A stretch of 64,000 nt of DNA from the human T2T-CHM13v2.0 reference genome, Homo sapiens. Made by a program: the position numbers and the translations under genes. The stretch lies in the NCBI RefSeq assembly GCF_009914755.1, contig NC_060931.1; one strand, given 5' to 3'. Below, one piece after another: positions 11,981 through 25,262 of the stretch. Under the pieces are notes generated by a model, which saw nothing but the letters and a program-made list of their open reading frames with translations, was not told the DNA's origin and ran no database searches. The number at the start of each line of letters is the position of its first letter. Positions within the stretch are counted from its first letter, which is position 1.

Positions 11981-14314
11981 ATGGAGGAGCCTGGTGCTAC
12001 CCCTCAGCCCTACCTGGGGCTGGTCCTGGAGGAGCTACGCAGAGTTGTGGCAGCACTACCTGAGAGTATGAGACCAGATGAGAATCCTTATGGTTTTCCA
12101 TCGGAACTGGTGGTATGTGCAGCTGTTATTGGATTTTTTGTTGTTCTCCTTTTTTTGTGGAGAAGTTTTAGATCGGTTAGGAGTCGGCTTTACGTGGGAA
12201 GAGAGCAAAAACTTGGTGCAACGCTTTCTGGACTAATTGAAGAAAAATGTAAACTACTTGAAAAGTTTAGCCTTATTCAAAAAGAGTATGAAGGCTATGA
12301 AGTAGAGTCATCTTTAGAGGATGCCAGCTTTGAGAAGGCGGCAGCAGAAGAAGCACGAAGTTTGGAGGCAACCTGTGAAAAGCTGAACAGGTCCAATTCT
12401 GAACTTGAGGATGAAATCCTCTGTCTAGAAAAAGACTTAAAACAAGAGAAATCTAAACATTCTCAACAAGATGAATTGATGGCGGATATTTCAAAAAGTA
12501 TACAGTCTCTAGAAGATGAGTCAAAATCCCTCAAATCACAAATAGCTGAAGCCAAAATCATCTGCAAGACATTTAAAATGAGTGAAGAACGACGGGCTAT
12601 AGCAATAAAAGATGCTTTGAATGAAAATTCTCAACTTCAGACAAGCCATAAACAGCTTTTTCAGCAAGAAGCTGAAGTATGGAAAGGACAAGTGAGTGAA
12701 CTTAATAAACAGAAAATAACATTTGAAGACTCCAAAGTACACGCAGAACAAGTTCTGAATGATAAAGAAAATCACATCAAGACCCTGACTGGACACTTGC
12801 CAATGATGAAAGATCAGGCTGCTGTGCTTGAAGAAGACACAACGGATGATGATAACCTGGAATTAGAAGTGAACAGTCAATGGGAAAATGGTGCTAACTT
12901 AGATGATCCTCTGAAAGGAGCTTTGAAGAAACTGATTCATGCTGCTAAGTTAAATGTTTCTTTAAAAAGCTTAGAAGGAGAAAGAAACCACATTATTATT
13001 CAGTTATCTGAAGTGGACAAAACAAAGGAAGAGCTTACAGAGCATATTAAAAATCTTCAGACTCAACAAGCATCTTTGCAATCAGAAAACATATATTTTG
13101 AAAGTGAGAATCAGAAGCTTCAACAGAAACTTAAAATAATGACTGAATTCTATCAAGAAAATGAAATGAAACTCTACAGGAAATTAACAGTGGAGGAAAA
13201 TTACCGAATAGAGGAAGAAGAGAAGCTTTCTAGAGTGGAAGAAAAGATCAGCCGTGCCACTGAAGGGCTGGAGACCTATAGAAAGCTAGCCAAAGATCTT
13301 GAAGAAGAATTGGAGAGAACTGTTCATTTTTATCAAAAGCAGGTTATTTCCTACGAGAAAAGAGGACATGATAATTGGTTGGCAGCTCGGACTGCTGAAA
13401 GAAACCTCAGTGATTTAAGGAAAGAAAATGCTCACAACAAACAAAAATTAACTGAAACAGAGTTGAAATTTGAACTTTTAGAAAAAGATCCTAATGCACT
13501 CGATGTTTCAAATACAGCATTTGGCAGAGAGCATTCCCCATGTAGTCCCTCACCATTGGGTCGGCCTTCATCTGAAACGAGAGCTTTTCCCTCTCCTCAA
13601 ACTTTGTTGGAGGATCCACTCAGACTCTCACCTGTGCTTCCAGGGGGAGGAGGAAGAGGCCCAAGCAGCCCAGGGAATCCCCTGGACCATCAGATTACCA
13701 ATGAAAGAGGAGAACCAAGCTATGACAGGTTAATCGATCCTCACAGGGCTCCTTCTGACACTGGGTCCCTGTCATCTCCGGTGGAACAGGACCGTAGGAT
13801 GATGTTTCCTCCACCAGGGCAATCATATCCTGATTCAACTCTTCCTCCACAAAGGGAAGACAGATTTTATTCTAATTCTGAAAGACTGTCTGGACCAGCA
13901 GAACCCAGAAGTTTTAAAATGACTTCTTTGGATAAAATGGATGGGTCAATGCCTTCAGAAATGGAATCCAGTAGAAATGATGCCAAAGATGATCTTGGTA
14001 ATTTAAATGTGCCTGATTCATCTCTCCCTGCTGAAAATGAAGCAACTGGCCCTGGCTTTATTCCTCCACCTCTTGCTCCAGTCAGAGGACCATTGTTTCC
14101 AGTGGATACAAGGGGCCCGTTCATGAGAAGAGGACCTCCTTTCCCCCCACCTCCTCCAGGAACCATGTTTGGAGCTTCTCGAGGTTATTTTCCACCAAGG
14201 GATTTCCCAGGTCCACCACATGCTCCATTTGCAATGAGAAACATCTATCCACCGAGGGGTTTACCTCCTTACTTTCATCCGAGACCTGGATTTTACCCCA
14301 ACCCCGCATTCTGA
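11981..14314 (+). CDS. CTAGE4: cTAGE family member, 777 aa, intronless retrogene (TM segment, long coiled coils, Pro-rich C-terminus)
   Basis: ATG 11981 [21 protein letters not shown]...; [20 protein letters not shown]; ends [14 protein letters not shown]4 chosen over near-identical paralogues (CTAGE8/6/15/9) because it abuts ARHGEF35. Confidence 0.88.
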   Translation: MEEPGATPQPYLGLVLEELRRVVAALPESMRPDENPYGFPSELVVCAAVIGFFVVLLFLWRSFRSVRSRLYVGREQKLGATLSGLIEEKCKLLEKFSLIQKEYEGYEVESSLEDASFEKAAAEEARSLEATCEKLNRSNSELEDEILCLEKDLKQEKSKHSQQDELMADISKSIQSLEDESKSLKSQIAEAKIICKTFKMSEERRAIAIKDALNENSQLQTSHKQLFQQEAEVWKGQVSELNKQKITFEDSKVHAEQVLNDKENHIKTLTGHLPMMKDQAAVLEEDTTDDDNLELEVNSQWENGANLDDPLKGALKKLIHAAKLNVSLKSLEGERNHIIIQLSEVDKTKEELTEHIKNLQTQQASLQSENIYFESENQKLQQKLKIMTEFYQENEMKLYRKLTVEENYRIEEEEKLSRVEEKISRATEGLETYRKLAKDLEEELERTVHFYQKQVISYEKRGHDNWLAARTAERNLSDLRKENAHNKQKLTETELKFELLEKDPNALDVSNTAFGREHSPCSPSPLGRPSSETRAFPSPQTLLEDPLRLSPVLPGGGGRGPSSPGNPLDHQITNERGEPSYDRLIDPHRAPSDTGSLSSPVEQDRRMMFPPPGQSYPDSTLPPQREDRFYSNSERLSGPAEPRSFKMTSLDKMDGSMPSEMESSRNDAKDDLGNLNVPDSSLPAENEATGPGFIPPPLAPVRGPLFPVDTRGPFMRRGPPFPPPPPGTMFGASRGYFPPRDFPGPPHAPFAMRNIYPPRGLPPYFHPRPGFYPNPAF

Positions 14315-14534
14315 AGGTAGAAGCGAGTTCCCTTCAGGATTGATTCCGCCTTCAAAGGAGCCTGCTACTGGACATCCAGAACCACAGCAAGAAACCTGAC
14401 AATATTGTTGCTTTCTTCAAAAGTAATTTTGACTGATCTCATTTTCAGTTTAAGTAACTGCTGTTACTTAAGTGATTGCACTTTTCTCAAATTGAAGTTT
14501 AATGGAATAATAGTTCTCAGGATAGTATTTTGTA

Positions 14535-14540
14535 AATAAA
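14535..14540 (+). terminator. Proximal poly(A) signal AATAAA for the CTAGE transcript (distal one at 14775-14780)
   Basis: tgtaAATAAAgatgg in the 3'UTR. Confidence 0.5.
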
Positions 14541-14580
14541 GATGGTTTGAATATGAATCTTATGAGTAAATCATTTCCAT

Positions 14581-14586
14581 TTTATT
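14581..14586 (-). terminator. Candidate poly(A) signal for ARHGEF35
   Basis: tttatt on + strand = AATAAA on - strand, ~820 nt past the ARHGEF35 stop. Confidence 0.5.
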
Positions 14587-14805
14587 ATATTCTAGATCAT
14601 ATAACTTTTAACTTGGTGAACTAATCCACTCTTAGAGAAACAATAGTGGGAGTTTTATATATGTAATCTTGCAGGTGAGGAGGCTTTAAATTCTAAAGGT
14701 TGTGGTGTCTTCATGCCAAGAACTGTATTCACTGTGGTTGTAGATAAATGTGAAAGTAACTTTATGCTTAATTTAATAAATTTTCATTGATTTTTTTTAA
14801 AAAAA

Positions 14806-16872
<2,067 letters not shown>

Positions 16873-18269
16873 CTAAGGAGGAATCAAAGACAAATGTTTC
16901 TAACAACTCTGCTTTTACCTATCAGAGGAAGAGACCATAAAAAAGAAGAGTGATGCATTTATTTGGTTCCATTTAGGGTCATTCTTTGAGACAACAGGTT
17001 CTCAACAAAATAAGCAATAGCCTCTAAAAAACTTGTCATTGATGTATTTATTTCATAAATATTTTCCTAGCGACCCTGTTAAGTGTGGGGCATTCAGTAG
17101 TGAATGAGATAAAGATCTTGTCGTCATGGAGACTGTGGTCTTGTGAGGGAAACAGGTCATAATGAACAATTAAATTATAGCAGAGGACCATTGTCAGAGA
17201 GTGCCCAGAAGCTCCCAGTTGTCAGTTCTCTCTAGACTCCATTATGTCATCTTCTGTCTCTCCCTGTCTACTCTTCGGACACTAGGAGTGACTCATCCTC
17301 ATATAACCCCCAGACACAGCAAGGGACACACCTCAGATCTATTAGGCCAGAGAAGCAGTGTCAGGAGAGGGTCTTCCTCTTAAGCTGTGGACATCAGTTA
17401 AAATAGGCCAGGCTATGATAGCCAATGTGTGAGGTGCTATGGTTTCATCTTCTTTACAGAGGGTTTGGAGTTTACTCATCTTTCTGTTTTCCATAGTGTC
17501 TACTACAGCATTGTAACTAACAGTTTTGTTTCCAATTCTAGAGGCAGCTGTTGTAAAGTGGGATGATAACAGCCTTATTGGATTAGTGTTGAACTAGACA
17601 CATTACCACCTTGAAGGAAGACCACAGAAGGGTGCTTTCTGCATCACCTTACTCTCCCCTTGGCCTCAGTATCCATATGAACTCTTCTCATTAATTCTTT
17701 TGACCTTCCTGTCTTTTGATTTCGACCTTCCTGCCTTTCTTCTCACTTCCAGCAGAACACCTCATCTCCTATTTTGCAAAGAAAATAGAAACTGATGGAA
17801 CTGGGTTTCTCTCACCTCAATTTCTTGCGATCCAAAGCAACCTGTATTTCCACTCTTTCTATCTTCCGCCCTCAGTCAGGAAAAGACGTATCCCTCCTTT
17901 CCATGCTCTGTCATTTCTTGCCTGCTTCCCCAGGAACACTGTGCACTCATACCTTCAACATCCCTGCTGAACAACCCCTGGGGTATGGAAGCATTCCCAC
18001 ATTCTTCTCATCTTTCAAATGACTAGAAGGAGTTGCTCTTATCTGCTGTCTTCATACTCTCACATCCCACCTGCCTCCAACTGAGCTTTGATAGCGGCAT
18101 TCTGCCAATATTCCCTACAATCGACATGTTGTTAATTCCAAAGAAGACCTTATGGATCTTCATTTTGGGTGGTTCTTGTCAGTATTTGACAGTACTGAGG
18201 TTAGAAATACTCTCTTGTTACTTGTGGTATTACATTTTCCTGGTTTTACCCCTTCAGTTTCCTCCAGTC

Positions 18270-18582
18270 TTTTTTTTTCTTTCTTTTTTTTTTTTTTTTT
18301 TTTGAGATGGAGTCTTGCTCTGTCACCCAGGCTGGAGTGCCGTGGTGCAATCTTGGGTCATTGCAACCTCCACCTCCGGGTTCAAGCGATTCTCCTGCCT
18401 CAGCCTCCCGAGTAGCTGGGACTATAGGTGTGTGCCACCACACCCAGCTAATTTTTGTACTTTTAGTAGAGACGGGGTTTCACCATTTTGGCCAGGATGG
18501 TCTCAATCTCCTGACCTCGTTATCCACCCGCCTCGGCCTCCCGAAGTGTTGTGATTATAGGCGTAAGCCACTGCACCTGGCC
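18270..18582 (-). mobile_element. Alu (AluSc/Y-like)
   Basis: poly-T, gagatggagtcttgctc...ctgacctcgttatccacccgcc...cctggcc. Confidence 0.9.
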
Positions 18583-19145
18583 TCCCCTGATCTTTTAACT
18601 AGGTTAAATTGTACCCCGCTTTGTAGCACTTACCAACTATAATTCACTTTACTTTTCCTTTGTAGCATTTATACAATTATAATTATATAATGATGTGTGT
18701 ATTTTGAGTTACCCTCTATTGCAACCAATAGATAGTAAAATTTATGAGATTAAGAACTATGACTTGCTGAATTATCCATACTTAGCCTAATAGTGGCCTA
18801 TACTCAGTGTTTAATAAATATTTTTCACATAAAGAATAAAGTTCAGGTCAGAATAAAATGTGATCCTTTTACTTCAATGGAATATGCCCACCTTTTCCTA
18901 AAATCATGATTAACAGTTTACACAGAACTTTAAACATTTAGAGCTCTATACACAACAAATTAATTTTTCTTATTTTTCATTCTGAAACACTAAGGTTTTC
19001 CTGCATACATGTCATTAAAAATAATGAAATGCTTCTTTAAATATGTATGTGCCATACATCTAAGAGTCATCGTATAAGATGGGTACCATTATTCTGCCCA
19101 TTTTACAGATGAAAAACTGAGTTTCCCAATGCACTTTATATATAT

Positions 19146-19436
19146 AATCCTGACACTCTGGGAGGCTGAGGCAGGTTGACTGCTTGAATCTAGGAGTTTG
19201 AGACCAGCCTGGACAACCTGGTGAAACCCTGTCTCCACAAAAAATACAAAAATTAGTGGAGCATGGTGGCACGTGCCTGTAGTTCCAGCTACTTGGGGGC
19301 TGAGATGGGAGGATCCCTTGAGCCCAGGAGGCAGAGGCTGCAGTGAGCCAAGATCACATCACTGCACTCCAGCCTAGGTGACAGAGTGAGACTCTGTCTC
19401 TAAATAAATTAATTAATTAATTAAAATAAAATAAAA
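19146..19436 (+). mobile_element. Alu (AluJ-like, slightly 5'-truncated)
   Basis: taatcctgacactctgggaggctgaggc...gagactctgtctctaaataaa. Confidence 0.85.
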
Positions 19437-20707
19437 TTCTTGTTTCCCTCCTGGCCCAGATTCCCCATATCTAATCAATCACCATGTGCTATTGACCTCG
19501 TCTGCTAAATATCCCTTAAGACTGTCCACTTCTATCCCATCCCTCTCCACTGGTGCATGCTGCTACCGTCTCGCCCGGGCCACTGCACCCGGCCACAGCT
19601 TGGGCACTGGCCTCCACCCATTTCACGTTATTCCAGTCCTTTCTCCATACAGCACCTAAGTGAGCTTCAAAAGCACCAGTTCTAGCTTAGATTCTTCAGC
19701 AGCCTCTGAATGCTCTTGAGATGAAATCTAAATCTTCAGCATGGGTTATACTCCCTGCACAATCTGGCTCTGCCTTCTTCTCTAGCAGCCTATTCACCTG
19801 TCACCATCTGTCCCTGCCCCCATCCCCCCCCCTCCCACTGGCTTTCAGTGTCTTTAGCTCACTTCTCTCTGTGTCTCTCACCTGTAGGCCTTTGTAGACA
19901 CTGCTCCTCTGCCTGGAATCCTCTTTTGCAACAGAGAATCCTTTGCTTCTCCTCAAACACACCTTGCACTTGTCATGTCATATTTAATGTCTATTTTCCA
20001 GGCTAGATTATGAGCACCATGAAGGGACAAACACTGCCATATAACCCCCTCTGCCTGAAGCCTAGTTGGCCCTCAACAAAGATGTATCGTGTGAATGAAT
20101 GACGGAAGAATATAGAGTTAGAAGAGTGTGGATCAGTGTTTGGTTGTGCCTCTCTGGTATCTTTGCTGGTTTTAAGACAATTGTAGAAACCATTAAATTT
20201 ATTTGAACATCCATTTTCTTATCTTTAAAAAGGAGATAAAAGGATTCCTTCACAGTTCTAGTAAAGATTAAATAAGGTAACATAAAAATGTACACTGCTA
20301 TCTTTAAGGGTCATAGAAATGGTGGCTGTGGTAAATACTGTTGACCTGAGAGACAGAGAATAAGTGTAAGAGAGAAACACAGGATTCATAAAGCCGGAAG
20401 GACCTTCAGAGACACACAGAAACTGCTCAATTTACAGATGAAGAAACTAAAGGTCAAAGACCCTAGACCCTTGCTCAAATCTCCTAAGCAAATGGTATGG
20501 GCAAACCTGAAGCAAAGTCGCTTGATTTAAGTCTCCTGTAAGCACTTAGAGGTCCTACTGAAAGAAAGCTGGCAGGCCATCAGTCCAGAGAAGACCCCAG
20601 AATTCTATGGACCCAATGCTGCACCTGACCGTGCACCTTTCTTGTCTGGTCCAGGCTTAAACTGAAAACTCACCTGCTCAGAATACTGTCCTGCTTAGCC
20701 ACTGTGT

Positions 20708-20709
<2 letters not shown>

Positions 20710-20753
<44 letters not shown>
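20710..20753 (+). repeat. (CA)n microsatellite
   Basis: Uninterrupted CA run, ~21 units. Confidence 0.95.
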
Positions 20754-20755
<2 letters not shown>

Positions 20756-23699
20756 AGCCATCCTTACAAACTCTTGCAATAGAGCCTGACATAACCAAAC
20801 AGGCAGGTCCCTAGCACACTGCAGAGTAGTATGTGACAAGATTCTGGCCATCCCAGAGACAGAGATACCATCTATATGGGGCAAAGAGATATGTCTGACA
20901 TAATTGTACACAGGCAGAAGGACTTTTATGTCCTTTTCCAGTTAACTGACACCATATGCGATTGGCTCCCTATGTTTAGCCCTTAAGTACAAAATACTAT
21001 AATCCCTATGGGTGATTCTGTGATGTGGCCCTGTTCTCTCAACCACACATCGAATAATATACTTGCTTACTTTAAGACACTTTCTGAAACTTGGCCTAAG
21101 GAGACCATGGGACTAAACCTGTAGTCTCTCCTCACTTACATCTGCATGGTTCAGGCCCTCTCCTCCATATACACCATCACGTCTTCAAAACAAGTAGCCT
21201 CTAAATAAAAGTGTGTTTCTGCCATATCTAGGGTATATCTATAAATACCATGTGCTACCTGGACATTTTCTGTTCCAATCTAGTGGCACAGTGCATGCCT
21301 GCCTCTGCAAGCCCATTGACACCATTTCTAACTGTCTTTTTTCATTTGGAAATATCAGTGGTCACCTGCTCAGCCACCAGTTACCGCAAAGGGAGAACAT
21401 ACCCCACGTTCCCTATACTTGATCCTATCTCAGTGATCCCGTTGCAATCAGGCATGACAAAGCTAAAATGTGACAAAGTGAAAGGAAATCTGTAAATCAT
21501 GGTCTTACTCACGTAAAGGCATCAGGAGAGAGTTTTTTGCAATGCTCATTACGTTAGAGTGCAAACATCCTCATCTCCTTCTCCACTGAGGGTGAATAAT
21601 CACTGTTTATCTGTGTACAGGCAAAGCCAGGGCATGGGATTATGGGGATACGGCCTTGCTTCAGACCACAGACATTTTGCATCCACATAACCTCACCCAC
21701 GTGTGACTTCTTGAGAGGCAAAGCTTCAAGTCATCCCTTTAACATAATGTGTGACAGAGCTCACTATCTTCCCTAGAGCCCCCCCAACACCTTAGCTCTT
21801 GTCTATTTCTAGTCACTAGAAACAACACTGTATTTCAAGGATACAACCCCTCCCCAATCAAACTGCCAAATCTTTGAACTGAGACTCAGTGCCATATATA
21901 TATTTTTGAGGACCATGCTTCCTGGATTTTCTAGCAAGGTTGATTTCAAATATTCTGACTTAAAAATCACTAAAATAATATTGAGGTTAAAATAAGATCA
22001 CCACATAGATATATAACTTTATTCACTGTTTGACATCACTGCCCTCAATACTACAAAGATATCAAAACAGGGGTAGCTTTCTGGACCACTGACTACTACA
22101 ATGTGTGTTCTATCCATTGCAGGAAAGTCCCACCATGCCAGTGAAAGCTGTAATACACATTTATCTATTCTCTAATGTCTGAAAATGTCACACCAACTGC
22201 CTTATAGACCAGATAGTTTATATAAGAACATTATTAGTGTCAATGCTGACTTACACTCTACAATCTCATCTGTGGTCCTGGTGGCATCCACACAGATAAC
22301 ATTAGTGTGAGTGACGTGTTTGTGTATTAACATAGACCTTGAGGGTGACTTTGTTCCAGTCTACCTTGCAGGCACTATAAGTGATCGGCTCCTGCTTACT
22401 CCACAGACACTGTGAGTGACCCAGCCCCTGTCTACACTAGAGCTGTTGGTCACCTGTTTGTCTACACCACTGACACTTGAGTAATGCTGCTCCCGTTGAA
22501 CCCAAGACCCTACGAGTGACTCCATTCCTGTCCATACCACATAGCGACTGACCTCTCCAGACACCACAAATGACGTATTCCTGTCTATCCCACAGACACC
22601 ACGTGTAACGTGGCCACGGAACCTCAGACAGACCGCGTTAAGGGCACTGATACACTCTCAGGACCTCTAATATATGAACACTCTTCTCTCTATTGAGAAT
22701 CACTATATTCTGTTGATGAGAGGGATTCCTTTGCACTCCTCCTGATTTCTCTCTCCTCCCCACTAGGACCATGACATACATTCCTCCTGCATATCAGTCT
22801 CACCCAGAACTGACACGCCCTCATCCCATCTTCCCAGCTCCCCAGGACTCCTTCACTAGCCACGGCTTCACTTTTAGGCCCACAGATTGGTTAACAAATG
22901 ACACCCATTTTGCTAAGGCCTATGCCAGGAACTTCTTCATGCTCCAAATGTGGATAAAACAAGACGTCTGAGACAGAGGCCACATCAAGAGCTTTTTAGC
23001 TGGAGCTGGGACCTCTGGATTAGGCCCAAGATGCAAGGCCAGACAGTGGAGTGCAGTAGGGGAGCAAGCTAGGGAGGAAGCTCGAAAGGAAAACCACCCT
23101 CTCTCATCTGTTTGACACACCCTTCTCTCTCAACCAGACAAGAGTCCTGGCCAGAGTTCACTTCTAGGTAGACAGGAGGGCAAATCTGTCTTTGGAACCC
23201 AAGATCCAGGAAGGGAAGAAAGGGACTGAGATCTGGAAATGACGTAGTATCACAACTGGCTCTCCTCCGGTAGTCTTGCCGGAAGGCAACTGCAAAAGAT
23301 GCTCAGGGGTTCTAGAGCTCTGCGTCCGCATTCTAGCACCCCAACGCCTACCTCAGCCCCCAACTCTAAATAACTTCTTTCCACCTTGCTAAGAATGCAA
23401 CGTTGTGATTCACATCAAGCTTTAGGAGGCTCCCCATATGTAGGGAACTGGGGTGAGGGGCAGGGCAGGATTCACTGTTCCAGGTTACGGAGCTTTGGTT
23501 AACACGGAGAGAAGCTACACATAGACTCACACAGTATGCAAATACCTATGGAGATACATAAGGAAAGGCCCCGGCCTGGTTAAGGAAAAGGAGCCGATAA
23601 AACCTCTCCAGGTAAGGAACAGCCTAGAAAGGGAATCTCAGTTATTCCTTCTGATATGGCTTAGCTTTCCCCAGGGCGCCTACTTTGAAGAAAGAGCCC

Positions 23700-24480
23700 T
23701 GATTATTGGCCCGGGGAACGTCTGGGGGCAGGGTGCCCATTTCCTAGGCGGGACCCGACCGGAAGCAAACTTGTAGGCAACAACATTTCCTCTAGTTCCT
23801 CTCCTCTTCCCCACCAGGGTCCTCAGCCACACACCCCGAGCCCTGCCTGCGGGCCCAGCCCCCCCATTTCCGGAGCCTGCGCCCCGGACCCAGCGGGGGC
23901 TGATCCCTGGGAAAGGCCTGGCTTCCTCTTCCTTCCTGTCCCTGCCCCACCTCCGCCGGGCTCCACAGCCGCCGGGAGCCCAGGGCCGAGACGGGAGGAG
24001 GGCACCCACCTGGTCGGTGTCACATGCTGCTTCGGCCCCAGCGTCCCCTCCAGGTCCCGGCGCCGGCCGCAGTCCCCAGAGCCGTCCCCAGCGCAGGCCC
24101 GGCCGCCCCACCCGCGGCCCGCCCCTGGCCGCCCGACGGGAGGGAGGGATCGGGTTCTCCTAGGAAGTTTCAGGTGAGGAAACAGGGACACACCTTCCCG
24201 GAGGAGGGGCAGGGCCCCTCCGCGCGCGAGCCCCATTGGTGTGAAAGAAGCTCCCGCGTCAGAGCTGGGAAGTGCCGGGCCGGCGGGGAGGGGAGCCCGG
24301 GCGCACGGGCCAGGCCGCGGGCTGTCCCAGGGAGCCCCGAGGGCGCGGTGCGCGGGCGCAGGTCGGGCGCAGGCGGGGTGACCCGGGGAAGGGGCGCGCA
24401 CAGAGACAGAGGGAGCCAGCCGGGCCCCACGGTGTCCTCGGACGCCTCCGAAATCTCCCTGCGTGTTTGTTTCTTCGGAG
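23700..24480. promoter_or_regulatory. CpG island / ARHGEF35 promoter, probably bidirectional
   Basis: Very GC- and CpG-rich; GC boxes (ccgccc) at ~24103-24134; ETS-like aggaagt at ~24162; CCAAT on the - strand (attgg ~24235). Confidence 0.85.
24010..24130 (-). other. ARHGEF35: ARHGEF35 non-coding exon 1 (TSS approximate)
   Basis: Minus-strand donor CCAG|GTGGGT at 24010/24009 inside the CpG island; pairs with acceptor at 16873/16872. Confidence 0.65.
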
Positions 24481-24630
24481 CTTCACCGGAGCCTGACTCT
24501 GGAACCGGCCTGTCTGCCTGCTGCAGTCTGTATGTGTTTGTCTTTTGCCTTGGCCGTGCCTCTGGAAGTCTGACATCCGTGGTTGTACATGTGTCTTTAT
24601 CTTCAGGCCTCACTGGTTTTTGGTTTGTTC

Positions 24631-24631
24631 G

Positions 24632-24667
<36 letters not shown>

Positions 24668-24952
24668 CTGAGACGGAGTCTCGCCCTGTTGCCCAGGCTG
24701 GAGTGCAATGGCGCGATCTCGGCTCACTGCAACCTCCGTCTCCGGGTTCAAGAGATTCTCCTGCCTCAGCCTCCCGAGTAGCTGGGATTACAGGTCCGCG
24801 CCACCATGCCCGGCTAATTTTTGTATTTTTTAGTAGAGGCCGGGTTTCGCCATGTTGGCCAGGCTGGTCTGGAAACTCCTGACCTCAGGTGATGCACCCG
24901 CCTCGGCCTCCCAAAGTGCTGGGATTACAGGCGTGAGCCACCGCGCCCGGCC
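24631..24952 (-). mobile_element. Alu (AluS) with (CAA)n tail
   Basis: (gtt)n then gagacggagtctcgccctgttgccc...gcgcccggcc; CpG-rich. Confidence 0.92.
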
Positions 24953-25009
24953 AAGGCCTCAGTGTTGATTTCTCTTCCGTGATGTCTCCTCCTATAGAAT
25001 AAAGAGTGT

Positions 25010-25229
25010 CTCCTCCATCTCCTCCTCCGCCCCCTTCTTCGTTTCTCTCTCTCTCTCCCTCCCTCCTCCCCCCTCCCTGTCCCTCTCCCTGCCTCTTCCT
25101 CTCCCCTCTTCCTTCTCCTACTTAGGGCCTAGAAGTGTGCCTCTCTGAAAGGACATGCCCGTGTCCTTCTGTATTCCCGAGTTTATTTTAGAATGAGTGC
25201 GTATCTCAGGGTGTATGTTCCTTCTAGGG

Positions 25230-25260
<31 letters not shown>
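25010..25260 (+). repeat. Polypyrimidine (CT-rich) tract 25010-25120 and (TG)n 25232-25260
   Basis: Seen directly. Confidence 0.85.

Positions 25261-25262
<2 letters not shown>

Larger units (their letters stand above)
11721..14805 (+). other. Extent of the CTAGE5/MIA2-derived retrocopy (GC-rich 5' leader, CDS, 3'UTR, residual A tail)
   Basis: Abrupt switch from AT-rich L1 to GC-rich leader at ~11721; AATAAA at 14775-14780; short A tract ~14799-14805; L1 resumes; possible degraded TSD gaaaactg at 11705-11712 / 14806-14813. Confidence 0.75.
17900..20105 (+). mobile_element. Fragmented L2 (with Alu/MIR insertions) in ARHGEF35 intron 1
   Basis: L2 3'-end motifs, e.g. tactcagtgtttaataaatattt (~18810) and ctagattatgagcaccatgaaggg...tgaatgaatga (~20000-20102); boundaries approximate. 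Confidence 0.5.

Noticed and set aside
23680-24882. Several 100-215-aa ORFs, including poly-Q/C/L/V runs
   Set aside because: Stop-poor CpG island plus the Alu (GTT)n tail read in different frames; no protein-family signal
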